Origin: a virus
Taxonomy: Duplodnaviria; Caudoviricetes
Reading direction: 5' to 3' (one strand)
Virus record (IMG/VR): IMGVR_UViG_3300037294_000251
Span: 1-56,921 of that record
DNA: 56,921 bases
The notes below the pieces were generated by a model that saw only the letters and a list, made by a program, of their open reading frames with translations, had not been told where the DNA came from and ran no database searches. Below, piece by piece: positions 9,801-18,367 of this stretch. Every line of letters starts with the position of its first letter. Position 1 is the stretch's first letter. Made by a program: the position numbers and the translations under genes.

Positions 9801-12800
9801 TAAATACAGCCTTGCCCTTGCCGATCAGCTCAATCACCGCGAGCTGTGTTGTTGACTCTGGACGCCATACAAAATCAGGTGATTTCACGGCAGCCGCCAC
9901 AAACTGCTCAACTGAGTCGTAGCCGGCCTTCCTAATCTGCGCTCCATGCCGCAATTCTATGTGCCGCAAGCCCCGCGAATCATCGCCCTGTTGCAAGCGA
10001 ATCTTGCCAGCCTGACGGCCAGCTGCCGTTGCCATTTCCGGGGTGATTTCGCCAAAATCAATCGAGCCATCGGGGTTATTAACGAAAGCATCAGGTTGTT
10101 CGGCGGCAGCAACCGGCTCTGCAACTGGCTGCGCCTTCTCGCGCACTTCAAAGCGGCCTGGATCAGCCTCAACAACCTCATGGGTAGCCTGCAGTTTCTT
10201 TCCTTTCAGATAGAAGCTGGCCTTGTTTTGGGTGCCAAACCATTTGACTGGCGCGACCGGCCCTGACTGATCGTCCGTATTTGCGGGGGCTGTGTCTTTG
10301 ACGGGTGTTTGATTGGTAGCCTTGGAGCTAGCTAGCTTTGCTTCGGTTTGGCTGCTGAGTTCGAGGCTTGGAGCTGTTTCAGGCGCTCCAGTTGCTCTGG
10401 CGTCATTGTCGCTTGTCGGCGGGCGTTTTCCGCTTCCAGCGCTTCCACTCTCGCCAGTTCCATTGCGCTGCTCTTCTTGAGCGCTGCTATCCGCGCTTGG
10501 CGTTCCGGGGCTAGGCCCATCGTTTGCATCTCCAAAAATAGCGTCGAGTTCTGCCGTATGTTTCGCCGCTGCTTCGGCGCGAACTTCCATCAGGTCGGTA
10601 TCGTCAAGCAAGTCAGACTCAACCGCCTGAGCCGAATCAAGGGCGCCGCTAGCCTCCTGCTGCGCCGCAGTATCAGCCTGGCGCTGCTCCTCAGCCTTAA
10701 CTGCTTCCTCTTCTTGACGTTTTGAGCCTGGAGCAAAGTGCGTCTTGCTGCCGCTAGCTTCATCCTGCAAGGCGGCCTGCAGCCAGCGAACGCCGCCGTC
10801 CTTCTCCATCTCGCCAACCGGCACATAGCCGTGCTGATCAAGCAGGGACGCCATGTCGTCAATGCTAGTGCCGGTCTTGTCGCCCCACAAAGCACCCACG
10901 CCCGGTAGCTGCGCATTGCCCTTGGTATCTCCGGTCGTGTCTTGGCGCCACTCGGTTTTAATCCCGCCCAGACGAATGACTGCATGGGTCAGGCTGTCGC
11001 GGTCGCGGTCAATTTTGCGCGCAGGAGCCTTCGGTTTGACCGTTGCAGTGACCGGCTGCGCTGCGTCATCTTGCGCCCATTTTTCCGTCGCCGCCTGCTC
11101 GGGGCGAATGGTAAATAGCTGACCGCCTGATGGCGTGCTGACTTGTGCGCGACCATCATCTAGAACCTTGTTTACATGATATACATCCTTGCCGTGCCGC
11201 CACTTCTGGCCTGCAGCGAACTGAATCGGTGCCTCCTGTGCTGTTACGCTCGGCGCTGGCTCGGCGGCAGCCGTTGGCTTTACTTCATAGTGCTTATCGG
11301 CAACCTTAACCACCTCCAGCAGCTTAGGCTGCGCTGCCTTGCTGATGGCATTCTTGGCTTGTATCGGGTTGCTGTAGCGCTTACCGACTGGCGTTTGCTG
11401 GTCCATGCCGCGACCGCCCTGCACATAATCGGCAGTTGGTGCGCGATTAACTTTATCGGCTACAGCATTGCCTGCAGCGTCAACGGTAAAGCTGTCGGTG
11501 CCTTGTGGGCGGGTGTCGGTAAGCGCTGGGCGCTCGCCGTCAAAGGTGTTTTGAGTGGCTGGCGATTGATTCTTTGGCGCGTACTGCGAGCGGGGAATGT
11601 AATCGCCCTCCACGCTCGGCGCTGCGCCGCGATCTGCTTGCTGATCCATGCCGGAGCCAAAGCTCTGCGGGCCTTTCTCGCGGCCAGTTGGCCGGTACTC
11701 ACGATCAACATCACGGGCCGGGCCGCTTGGCGACACGTTGCCGGCGGCGTCAGCAAACAGTGTTTGCTCGGGGCTTGGCAGAAATCCGGCAATGCTCGGC
11801 GCGGGCAATGCAAAGGCAGCGCGTGATAACGGGCCAGCATTCGGATCGGGGCGCGGAACCGGTGCAGGCGCTGGGTTTTCAGCGGTAGGTGTCGGCTGCA
11901 CAAAGGTCGCTGGGTCAGGCTGAGAAAGCGCGGTGTGCACGCCGCCTGCGCCACCAATAACGCCGCCCATTGTTGCGCCTGCCGCTGCTGCGTTCAGGTA
12001 CTCTTTCCCGGCTTCGGCGTCTGCCAGATTAAGATTGCCAGCGTATCGCTCAAGTACGGTTTGCCCGGCTTCGACTGGCGCTTCTTTCAAGCCGGTGACG
12101 CCGGCCTTTGCTGCGGCCGTCTTGGCAATTGCGCCAGCGCCCGTACCTGCAGCGCGCCAGCCTTCTTTGCTGATCGCACCCAAGCCAATTTTATCGCCTA
12201 CAAATTCAAGACCAGCATGACCAATGGCAGCCGGTACAACGCGGCCAAAGTCGACGTTATCAATTGAGCCACCATCCTTTGTTGCTTCACCAATAGCGCG
12301 CCCGCCAGTCTCGCCAAAACCGTGCGCCAGTGCGCCGGTAGCAAGGCCGGCATTTAAGCCGATCTTCTGGCCGGTAGCCTTGGCCGCCTCTTTTGCCAGA
12401 AATGACTGGGCAGCACCCTCGCCCTGCTCTGCCAGTAGCTTGCGAGCTAGCGCCTTGACACCCTGCTTTACAGCGGCGCCCTCGATAGCGCCGGCAATAC
12501 CGCCGGCAAGCGCGCCCGGAACAGCGCCAACACCAGCGCCTGCCGAGCCAATAGCACCGCCAACCGCGGCGCCTGCAGCAGCAGTTGCAAGCGACTCACC
12601 AATCATGCCGACAGCTTGTCCAGCCTGGTAAGGCACATAGTCGGTCAGCAGTGAGCCGACGCCTTTATCCAGCGCGCCGGTAAATTCATCGGTATCTTTG
12701 CCGACCATTTGCCCGGCTGCATCGGACGACCACTCCTGCCCTTTGTCGATCATGCCTTGCGAGACTTCGCCGGGGCCAAGCGCCTTGCGCATACCGAGGC

Positions 12801-12981
12801 CGGCAAGCGTGGTCAGGTCTCCGCCAATTTGCTTGGTCTGAGGGATGTAGTTTTTCAGGCCGCGAACGAAGTCGCCATCTTCCTCCTGAGCCGGAGCGGA
12901 ATCGGCGTACATCGAATCAAGCGGATTTTCAGGCGCGGCGCTATTTGGCGAGTCGTACATTTCATCGAGCGGATTAGTCAT
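3886..12981 (-). CDS. Giant polyvalent (probably virion-ejected) protein: PBECR-like nuclease, LPD5, LPD1, metallopeptidase-like, ART-like, LPD38-like regions
   Basis: 3031 aa; motifs GLRHIELRHG, EDFGEKIGGARKD, FGFRGVEFGNW/AHEWFHALD/EMAARAF, FHEYYAHYGLR, FKNWFG..LYHGT..GYDG; last gene of the late operon. Confidence 0.8.
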   Translation of the reverse strand: MTNPLDEMYDSPNSAAPENPLDSMYADSAPAQEEDGDFVRGLKNYIPQTKQIGGDLTTLAGLGMRKALGPGEVSQGMIDKGQEWSSDAAGQMVGKDTDEFTGALDKGVGSLLTDYVPYQAGQAVGMIGESLATAAAGAAVGGAIGSAGAGVGAVPGALAGGIAGAIEGAAVKQGVKALARKLLAEQGEGAAQSFLAKEAAKATGQKIGLNAGLATGALAHGFGETGGRAIGEATKDGGSIDNVDFGRVVPAAIGHAGLEFVGDKIGLGAISKEGWRAAGTGAGAIAKTAAAKAGVTGLKEAPVEAGQTVLERYAGNLNLADAEAGKEYLNAAAAGATMGGVIGGAGGVHTALSQPDPATFVQPTPTAENPAPAPVPRPDPNAGPLSRAAFALPAPSIAGFLPSPEQTLFADAAGNVSPSGPARDVDREYRPTGREKGPQSFGSGMDQQADRGAAPSVEGDYIPRSQYAPKNQSPATQNTFDGERPALTDTRPQGTDSFTVDAAGNAVADKVNRAPTADYVQGGRGMDQQTPVGKRYSNPIQAKNAISKAAQPKLLEVVKVADKHYEVKPTAAAEPAPSVTAQEAPIQFAAGQKWRHGKDVYHVNKVLDDGRAQVSTPSGGQLFTIRPEQAATEKWAQDDAAQPVTATVKPKAPARKIDRDRDSLTHAVIRLGGIKTEWRQDTTGDTKGNAQLPGVGALWGDKTGTSIDDMASLLDQHGYVPVGEMEKDGGVRWLQAALQDEASGSKTHFAPGSKRQEEEAVKAEEQRQADTAAQQEASGALDSAQAVESDLLDDTDLMEVRAEAAAKHTAELDAIFGDANDGPSPGTPSADSSAQEEQRNGTGESGSAGSGKRPPTSDNDARATGAPETAPSLELSSQTEAKLASSKATNQTPVKDTAPANTDDQSGPVAPVKWFGTQNKASFYLKGKKLQATHEVVEADPGRFEVREKAQPVAEPVAAAEQPDAFVNNPDGSIDFGEITPEMATAAGRQAGKIRLQQGDDSRGLRHIELRHGAQIRKAGYDSVEQFVAAAVKSPDFVWRPESTTQLAVIELIGKGKAVFIQLQPGTDAAGDYYAVNTAFPVSVTYAEKKKGWKLLWSREAVPAVASGELSPFAEADQKAGDQPTMPSGQSSADSVAQPAAAESAAEPKAKVEDFGEKIGGARKDTATTGKKKTAKETDSRPAWQRRYEITQIAASTTPSEVGRWVISDKRKLDWKKQPRQLRGNYATEEEALQMLPVIAVAMKHRVLSVRDGDGTGFEIWRDVTDRKRVKVVDQVFPSRETGMEYMAKNAEAIIETNTTFGEADLPRPDSTVRKGAERRTGPVMDSAFTEAFGFRGVEFGNWNNQEERQQLLNDAYDGLLDLADVMGIPARAISLNGDLALAFGARGQGLSGARAHYEPGKVVINLTKLNGAGSLAHEWFHALDHYFARQDGKSSSEWSVDKDGTRALKISSNFESDAASSGFLRNNSGVREVLRDAYTDLMKTMFSKGETYVEDTARVDEFVGRSRKEVTDRLDDIRRDLAEQKDPKYWKRSNKPASAEQLAEFDTVAQLVRDGTALTTELRANPGKSRSVLSSMRWTNDALEKMSEIYKAVRGRTGFNAETNGVLDRLRQTMGAYSSRLKMLADAQNGEQKLKKVPTQFAMDAKELDQGRGTDYWTTPHEMAARAFQGYVEDKVAEANGSSPFLNFGPENAGILTPWGWKRPFPAGDERKAINQSFDKLVEIIQTRETEDGNVVLFSRSATGATGATLGRRDVEQIAVGLVTEATVARRFVFSSWEELPQPIKDRAAAQGAKPGEIKAVHWRGKTYLVDRRFADVRDVERAIFHEYYAHYGLRQQYGKDLYHKLLRTWAKIGGTKGVRAMAAEQGFNIDHYIEGAKQDKELTEAQRRVLVMDELLAHMAESTGSLKRIIQEWYGAVRDWLRDNGWAELAKLNAADMAFMLRGARQAALHADGRSVSGQPLFQWVESVKQISTAAFKNWFGSSKVVDKQGAPKILYHGTGEDFTSFDQGRSGSSTRHSTAPLGIFMTGSRDTAQAYADKASDGMPGYSRVMQLYAAIRNPYMMSVEESQAIDSPGEAVTLRAKLEREGYDGINLKGTDTWIAFSNTQMKSATDNNGEFDEWSGDIRFRRSESASTAEAAAQTAWQSPSASQWDDLTYKLQDKHIDTKRVLEAIRATGKAISDDLDVYLQEELYHGRAAKRTEDFVTLELEPLMQYLAAAGLKMQDVEEYLHARHAKEANQVIAERNPKLPDGGSGMTNAEADAVLAAYNGIRRKQLEVAATKVDAIIASTRQTFVDYGLESQATVDGWGKTFAHYVPLMREQEGDGMSGLGTGQGFSIKGRETKGRTGSTRKVVDILANVAMQRERAIVRGEKNRVAAALVGLAKANPSDLWSVDVVPTQQVLDKDGKVKTQADSLYKQRDNVVVAKIPNADGTVTERAVVFNEDDARALRMAAALKNLDAPQLEGLLGATAKVTRYLAAVNTQYNPIFGTTNLARDVQGAALNLSSTPLAGKQREVLGQTLAALGGIYFDMRSRSKGKGGTHSEWAQLWEDFQDVGGQTGYRDQFRTSADRGEALAQALDPSAWTETKFGRFFTAGGRLKVPAEVARKAMAPIFSWLDDYNTAMENSTRLAAYKTALDAGMSKAQAASLAKNLTTNFNRKGQSATQVGALYAFFNASVQGTARIGDTLFDMDAGKPKTLRLSATGKKIVMGGVMLGGMQALLLVAAGFDDGEPPDFVRERNLIIPTGGKNYITIPMPLGFHVLPNLGRIPVEFALSGFDKPAEQVMKLLGLLSDTFNPIGNAGLSMQTLAPTVLDPLAALAENKDFSGRAIAKESFNKLTPGPALAKDTASLPALWISEGINYLTGGTKHVRGALSPTPDQIDYLFGQATGGVGREATKAMQVGQALGSGDEVPAYKIPLVGRFFGGSDNQGAKQSAFYESMDEVRRHAEQVKGLRLEGKMQEASDYAQEHKQARLRLAANAADREVRKLRNRRRELEQQGASREVVRAIEQRMTQRMERFTALAKQQ

Positions 12982-14827
12982 TGAGGGTGATCCCGTGCGC
13001 TTTCATGTCAGCAAGAACTTGCTCGCGGCTAATTCCACGTCGCTTGGCCATTTCGTCTACGTTCGCATTGCTGGCTGTCGAGCCGCCGCTAGCGCTAACC
13101 ATCTCGCGGGTGCGCTTGTCGAACACCATCGAGGCATCTTTTCCGCCCAGATTATTCGTGCCGCCAGCAACCTGCATATAACGGTCTTTCTCGCCGGTAG
13201 TGAGTGAGGCGTAGGCTGCCTCTGCATTGGCGCGGTCAGCGCCCTGCACGCTCGGATCGGCCAGCATTTGGCGCAATTGCTCAGTGCGCTGAGCTGAATC
13301 TAGCGATAGCTGGCCAGCCTGAATTTCCTGCTGGGTTTTCTGGTTGTTAATGCTGTCGTTGGTTTGGTTGCGTGCGTCTTGAGCGTCAAGCCGACGCGAA
13401 TCAATGCCCAGCCGGCGCTCATCGCGTGCGCCGCGACCTTGCAGCTCGGTCGTTTGTGCGCGGGAGTTGTCGAGCTTGGCTTGCTGGAACTCAGCCAGTG
13501 TTGGCGCGCGCGAGCTGTCACGCACGATATTCAGCTGTCCGCCGTTATCACCCATTTCACGCGGGCGCTGCATACCTGCACGAATGGCGTTAGCTCGGTC
13601 AAAGGTGGCGATTGCTTTGGCTGCATCGCCAGGCTGGCCCATAACGCTAAAGGTGCCGATGCCATTATTCATATTGCGAGCGCTGCCTGGCGAGGCAAGC
13701 AGAGCCTCTCCGACCGGAACATTTGAGCCAGACGCAAGTACGCGACTGCCGCTAGGTGCCGCCATCTGCCCAGCCCTTGTGCCTAGCTGGGCTTGAGCCT
13801 GCTGTGGTGGCGTGAATGTACCGCGCGCACCTGCCTGTGCGGCCGCATCATTACTGAACTCTGGAACGCCGTCAGCTCCAACCTTGGCCACAATTTCGCC
13901 ACCAGCCGAATCCTTGCCGATACCTGTCCCGGCATAGCCATTGCTTTGCGGTTGCTGGACTGACTGTGTTTGAGCCTGCGCCTGATTTGGATAGATTATT
14001 GGGCCGGAAGCTGTCGGCGGTAATGCAGCGGGAATATTTGCCGCGTCTTTGGCCATACCCTGAACCTTGCCCGCAAAACCGCCCACCGCAGTTGGAATTA
14101 AAGGTGATGGCTGCGTGGACAGCCCCGGCACAGATTGAGCAGCGGATGGCTGAAAGCCAAATCGAGCCAGCGGCATCTTGTTCTGCGAACTTTCCAGCCC
14201 TTTCGATAGGTTGCCGCCAATGCGCATGCCAATCTGCGCAATGTCACCGCCCGCAACACCTGCTGGGCGCTGTGCCTGCGGTGTATTGGTTGCATCGAAA
14301 GAGGTCTGCTTGGCTGGTGTAACGGCAGAGCGCGGCCCTGTTACCGGCTGATCGAACTGCGCCTGCATCTGCGCGGCGCGATTAGGGTTACCGGGCGCTT
14401 GAGTTGCTGGCGTGAGTGCAGCGCTAGGCTCGCCGGGAAAGCGGCGCTTTAGTAGCGGATCTTCAACTGGTCCGCCATTGACGAAAAACATTTCCTTGCC
14501 TTTCGGCTCTGCTGCCGGCGCATGCGTAGCATCTTTCACATGGTCGAGCGCCTGAACGCCAATAGCGCTTACCTGCTCAGGCGTGAATTGGTGCTCACCA
14601 TTGCTCAGGTTGACCGGAACACCCATGCCGAGGCGCGGCGCTTCGACAGGTTGCGACGGTTGCGATTGTTTGGAATTTAGGCCGAGCTTTGCCGTCGAAT
14701 CGGCCGGCATGATGTAGCTGCCAGCAGGTACGTTCGCCTTGATTGAATCGGAAGTGCCTGTGCCGGGGCCAAGTACCGGGCCGCCGCCCTTGAGTTTTTG
14801 AGCTTTTTCGCGGGAAACGCCGTACAT
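12974..14827 (-). CDS. Putative internal virion/ejection protein
   Basis: 617 aa, Ala/Gln/Gly-rich, GPGTGTSDSI and LSNGE motifs; overlaps start of giant gene. Confidence 0.65.
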   Translation of the reverse strand: MYGVSREKAQKLKGGGPVLGPGTGTSDSIKANVPAGSYIMPADSTAKLGLNSKQSQPSQPVEAPRLGMGVPVNLSNGEHQFTPEQVSAIGVQALDHVKDATHAPAAEPKGKEMFFVNGGPVEDPLLKRRFPGEPSAALTPATQAPGNPNRAAQMQAQFDQPVTGPRSAVTPAKQTSFDATNTPQAQRPAGVAGGDIAQIGMRIGGNLSKGLESSQNKMPLARFGFQPSAAQSVPGLSTQPSPLIPTAVGGFAGKVQGMAKDAANIPAALPPTASGPIIYPNQAQAQTQSVQQPQSNGYAGTGIGKDSAGGEIVAKVGADGVPEFSNDAAAQAGARGTFTPPQQAQAQLGTRAGQMAAPSGSRVLASGSNVPVGEALLASPGSARNMNNGIGTFSVMGQPGDAAKAIATFDRANAIRAGMQRPREMGDNGGQLNIVRDSSRAPTLAEFQQAKLDNSRAQTTELQGRGARDERRLGIDSRRLDAQDARNQTNDSINNQKTQQEIQAGQLSLDSAQRTEQLRQMLADPSVQGADRANAEAAYASLTTGEKDRYMQVAGGTNNLGGKDASMVFDKRTREMVSASGGSTASNANVDEMAKRRGISREQVLADMKAHGITLND

Positions 14828-14855
14828 GAGGAAACCCCTCTAACTATGTACGGTG

Positions 14856-14892
14856 ATTCTTTATGCTTGAGCAATTGGGCGCGAACCCTACA
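14856..14892 (-). promoter_or_regulatory. Late promoter motif copy 1 (TGTAGGGTTCGC-N19-AAGAAT)
   Basis: Exact 12-mer at 14881-14892 upstream of the 14827 start; one of four copies. Confidence 0.7.
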
Positions 14893-14904
14893 GGCTGGAA
14901 GCCC

Positions 14905-15411
14905 TTACGCTTCCTCAGCGGCGAGCACTCTGCGCTGCCAAAAAAGAGGTCGCGATGGAGGCGCTATGCTGGCGAATCTAGCGGCAGAATACAGCTGTGA
15001 ATTTTCCGGCTCATCCACTACCGTAAATACCTGCGATGCCGGTGAAAACATATCGTCGCAAGTTACTTTGATGCTTGGAAACTGCGAGTACAGCGTCCAC
15101 CTCTTGCTAGGCTCTTCAGCATCATTACGAACCGCTATAACATCGGCGTACTCGGCATATCTCGCCTTATCGCTAGGGGCTGCCGCCTCATTGCTAGTAA
15201 TGAGAAAGCCAAGCGAGGCCAGCGCCGGCCCAAGCGATTGATCGCCGCCGTAGCCACTCGCATCGATTGCGACCTGTAACGCTGCGGCATTAACAAACGC
15301 ACCCGCGTAGTCGCTTTCTTCAGCTGCCACAACAGCGGCAAAAATACCGCCTTCCATGCTGTCGAAACTTTCTTTTGCGGCGTACTTTAACGAGCCATAG
15401 CTAACGCTCAT
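14905..15411 (-). CDS. Hypothetical late/structural protein
   Basis: 168-aa ORF packed in operon. Confidence 0.55.
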   Translation of the reverse strand: MSVSYGSLKYAAKESFDSMEGGIFAAVVAAEESDYAGAFVNAAALQVAIDASGYGGDQSLGPALASLGFLITSNEAAAPSDKARYAEYADVIAVRNDAEEPSKRWTLYSQFPSIKVTCDDMFSPASQVFTVVDEPENSQLYSAARFASIAPPSRPLFWQRRVLAAEEA

Positions 15412-15413
15412 AA

Positions 15414-15974
15414 TTATGAGTACCCCTTATGCGCGGCATTAATTACGGCGCCGCTGTCGAAGTAGATCGACGGTGCCGGCTCCGGGGCTGTCCCCTCCCG
15501 CTGAAACTCCCGCGCTTCAGACGCTCGGACAATGCGGCTTACGTTTGAGTATATCGCCAGCCATCCGCACTCCATCCACACCCCGCCAGCAGCAGAGACA
15601 ACAGCTCTAGCCATCACTCGATACGATTGGCCGGGGCTTGGGTCTGGCCTTTCAACGGTAGCAGTTGCAAGCAGCTCTACGGTCGCAGTCTCTACATCGT
15701 CAATGCTCGACACAAGCCCTAGCTTGTAGAGGCTAAATGTCTTGCTTGGGGATATGCTGCTATATGAGTCGAATTTAGCCAAATACAAGTATCCGTTAGC
15801 TAGCGTGTAATTACCCTCATTAAATAGGGGGTTCCCATCACTGCCAAGCCCGCCAGGTGGCGCCTGTGCATATATGTTGTCGCTGCTATCAACGCCTTCT
15901 TCCGGGTACATGAATAACGTAATAATGTCGGAATTGTCAAATTCCAAGTCATACAGCTTAAAGGGCTGGCGCAT
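15414..15974 (-). CDS. Hypothetical late/structural protein
   Basis: 186-aa ORF, GAGG RBS. Confidence 0.65.
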   Translation of the reverse strand: MRQPFKLYDLEFDNSDIITLFMYPEEGVDSSDNIYAQAPPGGLGSDGNPLFNEGNYTLANGYLYLAKFDSYSSISPSKTFSLYKLGLVSSIDDVETATVELLATATVERPDPSPGQSYRVMARAVVSAAGGVWMECGWLAIYSNVSRIVRASEAREFQREGTAPEPAPSIYFDSGAVINAAHKGYS

Positions 15975-15982
15975 GAATACCT

Positions 15983-18367
15983 CTAATCAAAAGGATGCTG
16001 TTGCTTTGGGCGCCACGCGGCATTCCCAAGAAAGTGATAGCCCATCGGTGATACACCCGGATTTTTACCAGCGGCAAAGCTGCTTTTAGCGTAAACCAGC
16101 GGCTCCCACGTCACTCCTCCGTCGCGTGAAACCAAGGCATAGCCCGCTAGCCCGCTCGCAACGGTAAGCAGTAGACCTGCCGGTTTAACAAGCGCGCCGT
16201 CGACAACTACCTCTTGCTGGTAGCAGGTCAGTGAGTGAATCGGGAATCGCTGCGAATCAGCCGAATAGTGCTCACCAATAACCCACGGTGTCGCGACCGC
16301 CGCGTAATGAGTGGCCTCGCCATCGACTACTGCGATCAACTCAACTGTCGCGCCTCTGCCGCCCCCATCTTTAGGGGGCAGCATGAGCAAAACCTTGACG
16401 CTTGAGATAGCGGCGACGAGTTCAGCGCTGGTGCCCGGAGCGTAATACTCCTCAAGCGCGTACTGCGCGGGCCACCCAGGCGCGTTCGGGTCGATGGCCA
16501 TGTGGCTGAACACCGCCGAGGCGTACCACGAAAACCACGCATTACTAGACTGGTCTGGGCTGGCGCCTTCAATGGCTCGATGTGAAGCGCTGTGCGTGCT
16601 GGGTACGGGGATTACTGTTCGACTGTTGCCGCGCAGCCACCACACCTCCTCCGGTACCGCATCTGCATAAGCGCCAAACCCTAAGTCTGTCCCGTAGCCA
16701 GGCGTGCGATACGAGCCAGCATCAACCGGCACAACCCCCCGGTAGTTCGGAGACTTGGGAATGTCGGTAGAAATATCTTGCAGCACGCCACCAAGGAACG
16801 CGGATCGCGCATAGCGAACAGCGCGAACCATGTAGCAGCGCTCCCCGTTAATAACCCCGCCCCACATAACCTGCGGCATGAATGCTACGGCTGCCGGCAT
16901 ATCGGCAGAGCTGAATAGCGGGCAAGTGGCGGGGCCAATCAGGTCATGGTGCAAGAGTGTTGCCGCGCTGATTCCATTCTGTATCCGAACGCGCATAAGT
17001 CCAACCTTGGTCACGCGTACTGAGGCGGCAAACCTCGGTGCAATGCCGGCCACATCGACCCGGTGTTCCGCTGTGATTGGCTCGTCATAGCGTGCAGTAC
17101 AGCGAACGCCGACGATTAGCTCAACCTCGTCATCAATCACTGTCGTAGCGGTTGCGCCTAGCGTGCAAGCCTCGTATGAATCAATCCCTGACTCGTCAAC
17201 GGTATCTTCGCGACTCAGCAGGCCATCGCCATCAATGATCGCGCGGCTTATCGTGAGCGGGCCGCTGTCTGGCCTGAAATACGCTGGCCACTCTGACGGC
17301 CACGACACGGACGTTTCGGAGATTTCAGGAATGATCAATGGCGTACCGCTCGACTCCTTCGGCGTCAGCCATGACGGAGGAGCGCCGATAGTGCTTACAG
17401 TCACGCCAATATCTGTGAGCTTTTCATTTTTCAATGCCGCCCGTGTGATCAGGCCAGCAATCAGCAGCCCCGGCACCGCGGCTCTGCGCGTCCATACGTT
17501 CGCCCGATACCACTTATTGCCATCACCGATGGTGTTTTCAAACAGCATGAACTGGTGCGCTGGCATTACCGAGAACGGCGCGACAAGCAGTGTCTTTACC
17601 ACGGCAGGCGTTAGCGCAGTAGCCTGAGCCTCCCACTGAGCGATGGCTGAGGCCGAGTATTGCCGGGGTATCAGGTTGTTCCATCTGCGCAGATACGGAG
17701 ACTGCCCGCTACCAGTCGGAGTAACGGGCGCCACCTCGGGCAGCGGGGTGTCAGATGAGTCATAGCTGGTGGCAAATGAGGCAAGCGGCTGATTCGTCAC
17801 CGCCTGTAGGTGCTTGTCGCGGATCGACACCACAAGCCGCTCGGAACCCCATACGGCAAACACGCCAAACTTATCAGTTGAGCTGCCGCTAAGCACCTGA
17901 TCTGCGCCTGATGCGCCGGATAGCACTGTCGAAGTCCATGCGCGGCCAAACCCATGATTCGAGACAGGCATCGCGGCGAAGTTGTAAGCCCGATCTGTGT
18001 TACTGGCCGGGTAGGAACGCAGCACGGCATACGTTAGCCGGTTCCCCGCAGCGAGATTCTTGTCGCGCTTTTTTTCGGGCGGCAGTGTTTTGACTGGTCG
18101 GTAGTTTGATCGAGTGCCAGCCGTAGTGATTCCGAACGCATTTAGACCGCCCCCGCGCCCCACTCCACCGGTCCGCGACAGTAAGTCAGTCGGCGGATCA
18201 ATGACGGTGCCAGTCGTGCGCGCCGCACTCGCTTTAAGCCGGCATAGGTAGCCCAGCAGTACGAACGTCTTAACCCTGCCAATGCGCATTGATCGCCCGA
18301 CACTAATCACCTTGCGGCGAACCGTAGCATCAGGTTCGCACGCAAAACGCACAAGCACCTGCCGCAT
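15983..18367 (-). CDS. Putative tail/structural protein (beta-rich)
   Basis: 794 aa, TAATG coupling; SRDGGVTW Asp-box-like motif near C-terminus. Confidence 0.65.
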   Translation of the reverse strand: MRQVLVRFACEPDATVRRKVISVGRSMRIGRVKTFVLLGYLCRLKASAARTTGTVIDPPTDLLSRTGGVGRGGGLNAFGITTAGTRSNYRPVKTLPPEKKRDKNLAAGNRLTYAVLRSYPASNTDRAYNFAAMPVSNHGFGRAWTSTVLSGASGADQVLSGSSTDKFGVFAVWGSERLVVSIRDKHLQAVTNQPLASFATSYDSSDTPLPEVAPVTPTGSGQSPYLRRWNNLIPRQYSASAIAQWEAQATALTPAVVKTLLVAPFSVMPAHQFMLFENTIGDGNKWYRANVWTRRAAVPGLLIAGLITRAALKNEKLTDIGVTVSTIGAPPSWLTPKESSGTPLIIPEISETSVSWPSEWPAYFRPDSGPLTISRAIIDGDGLLSREDTVDESGIDSYEACTLGATATTVIDDEVELIVGVRCTARYDEPITAEHRVDVAGIAPRFAASVRVTKVGLMRVRIQNGISAATLLHHDLIGPATCPLFSSADMPAAVAFMPQVMWGGVINGERCYMVRAVRYARSAFLGGVLQDISTDIPKSPNYRGVVPVDAGSYRTPGYGTDLGFGAYADAVPEEVWWLRGNSRTVIPVPSTHSASHRAIEGASPDQSSNAWFSWYASAVFSHMAIDPNAPGWPAQYALEEYYAPGTSAELVAAISSVKVLLMLPPKDGGGRGATVELIAVVDGEATHYAAVATPWVIGEHYSADSQRFPIHSLTCYQQEVVVDGALVKPAGLLLTVASGLAGYALVSRDGGVTWEPLVYAKSSFAAGKNPGVSPMGYHFLGNAAWRPKQQHPFD

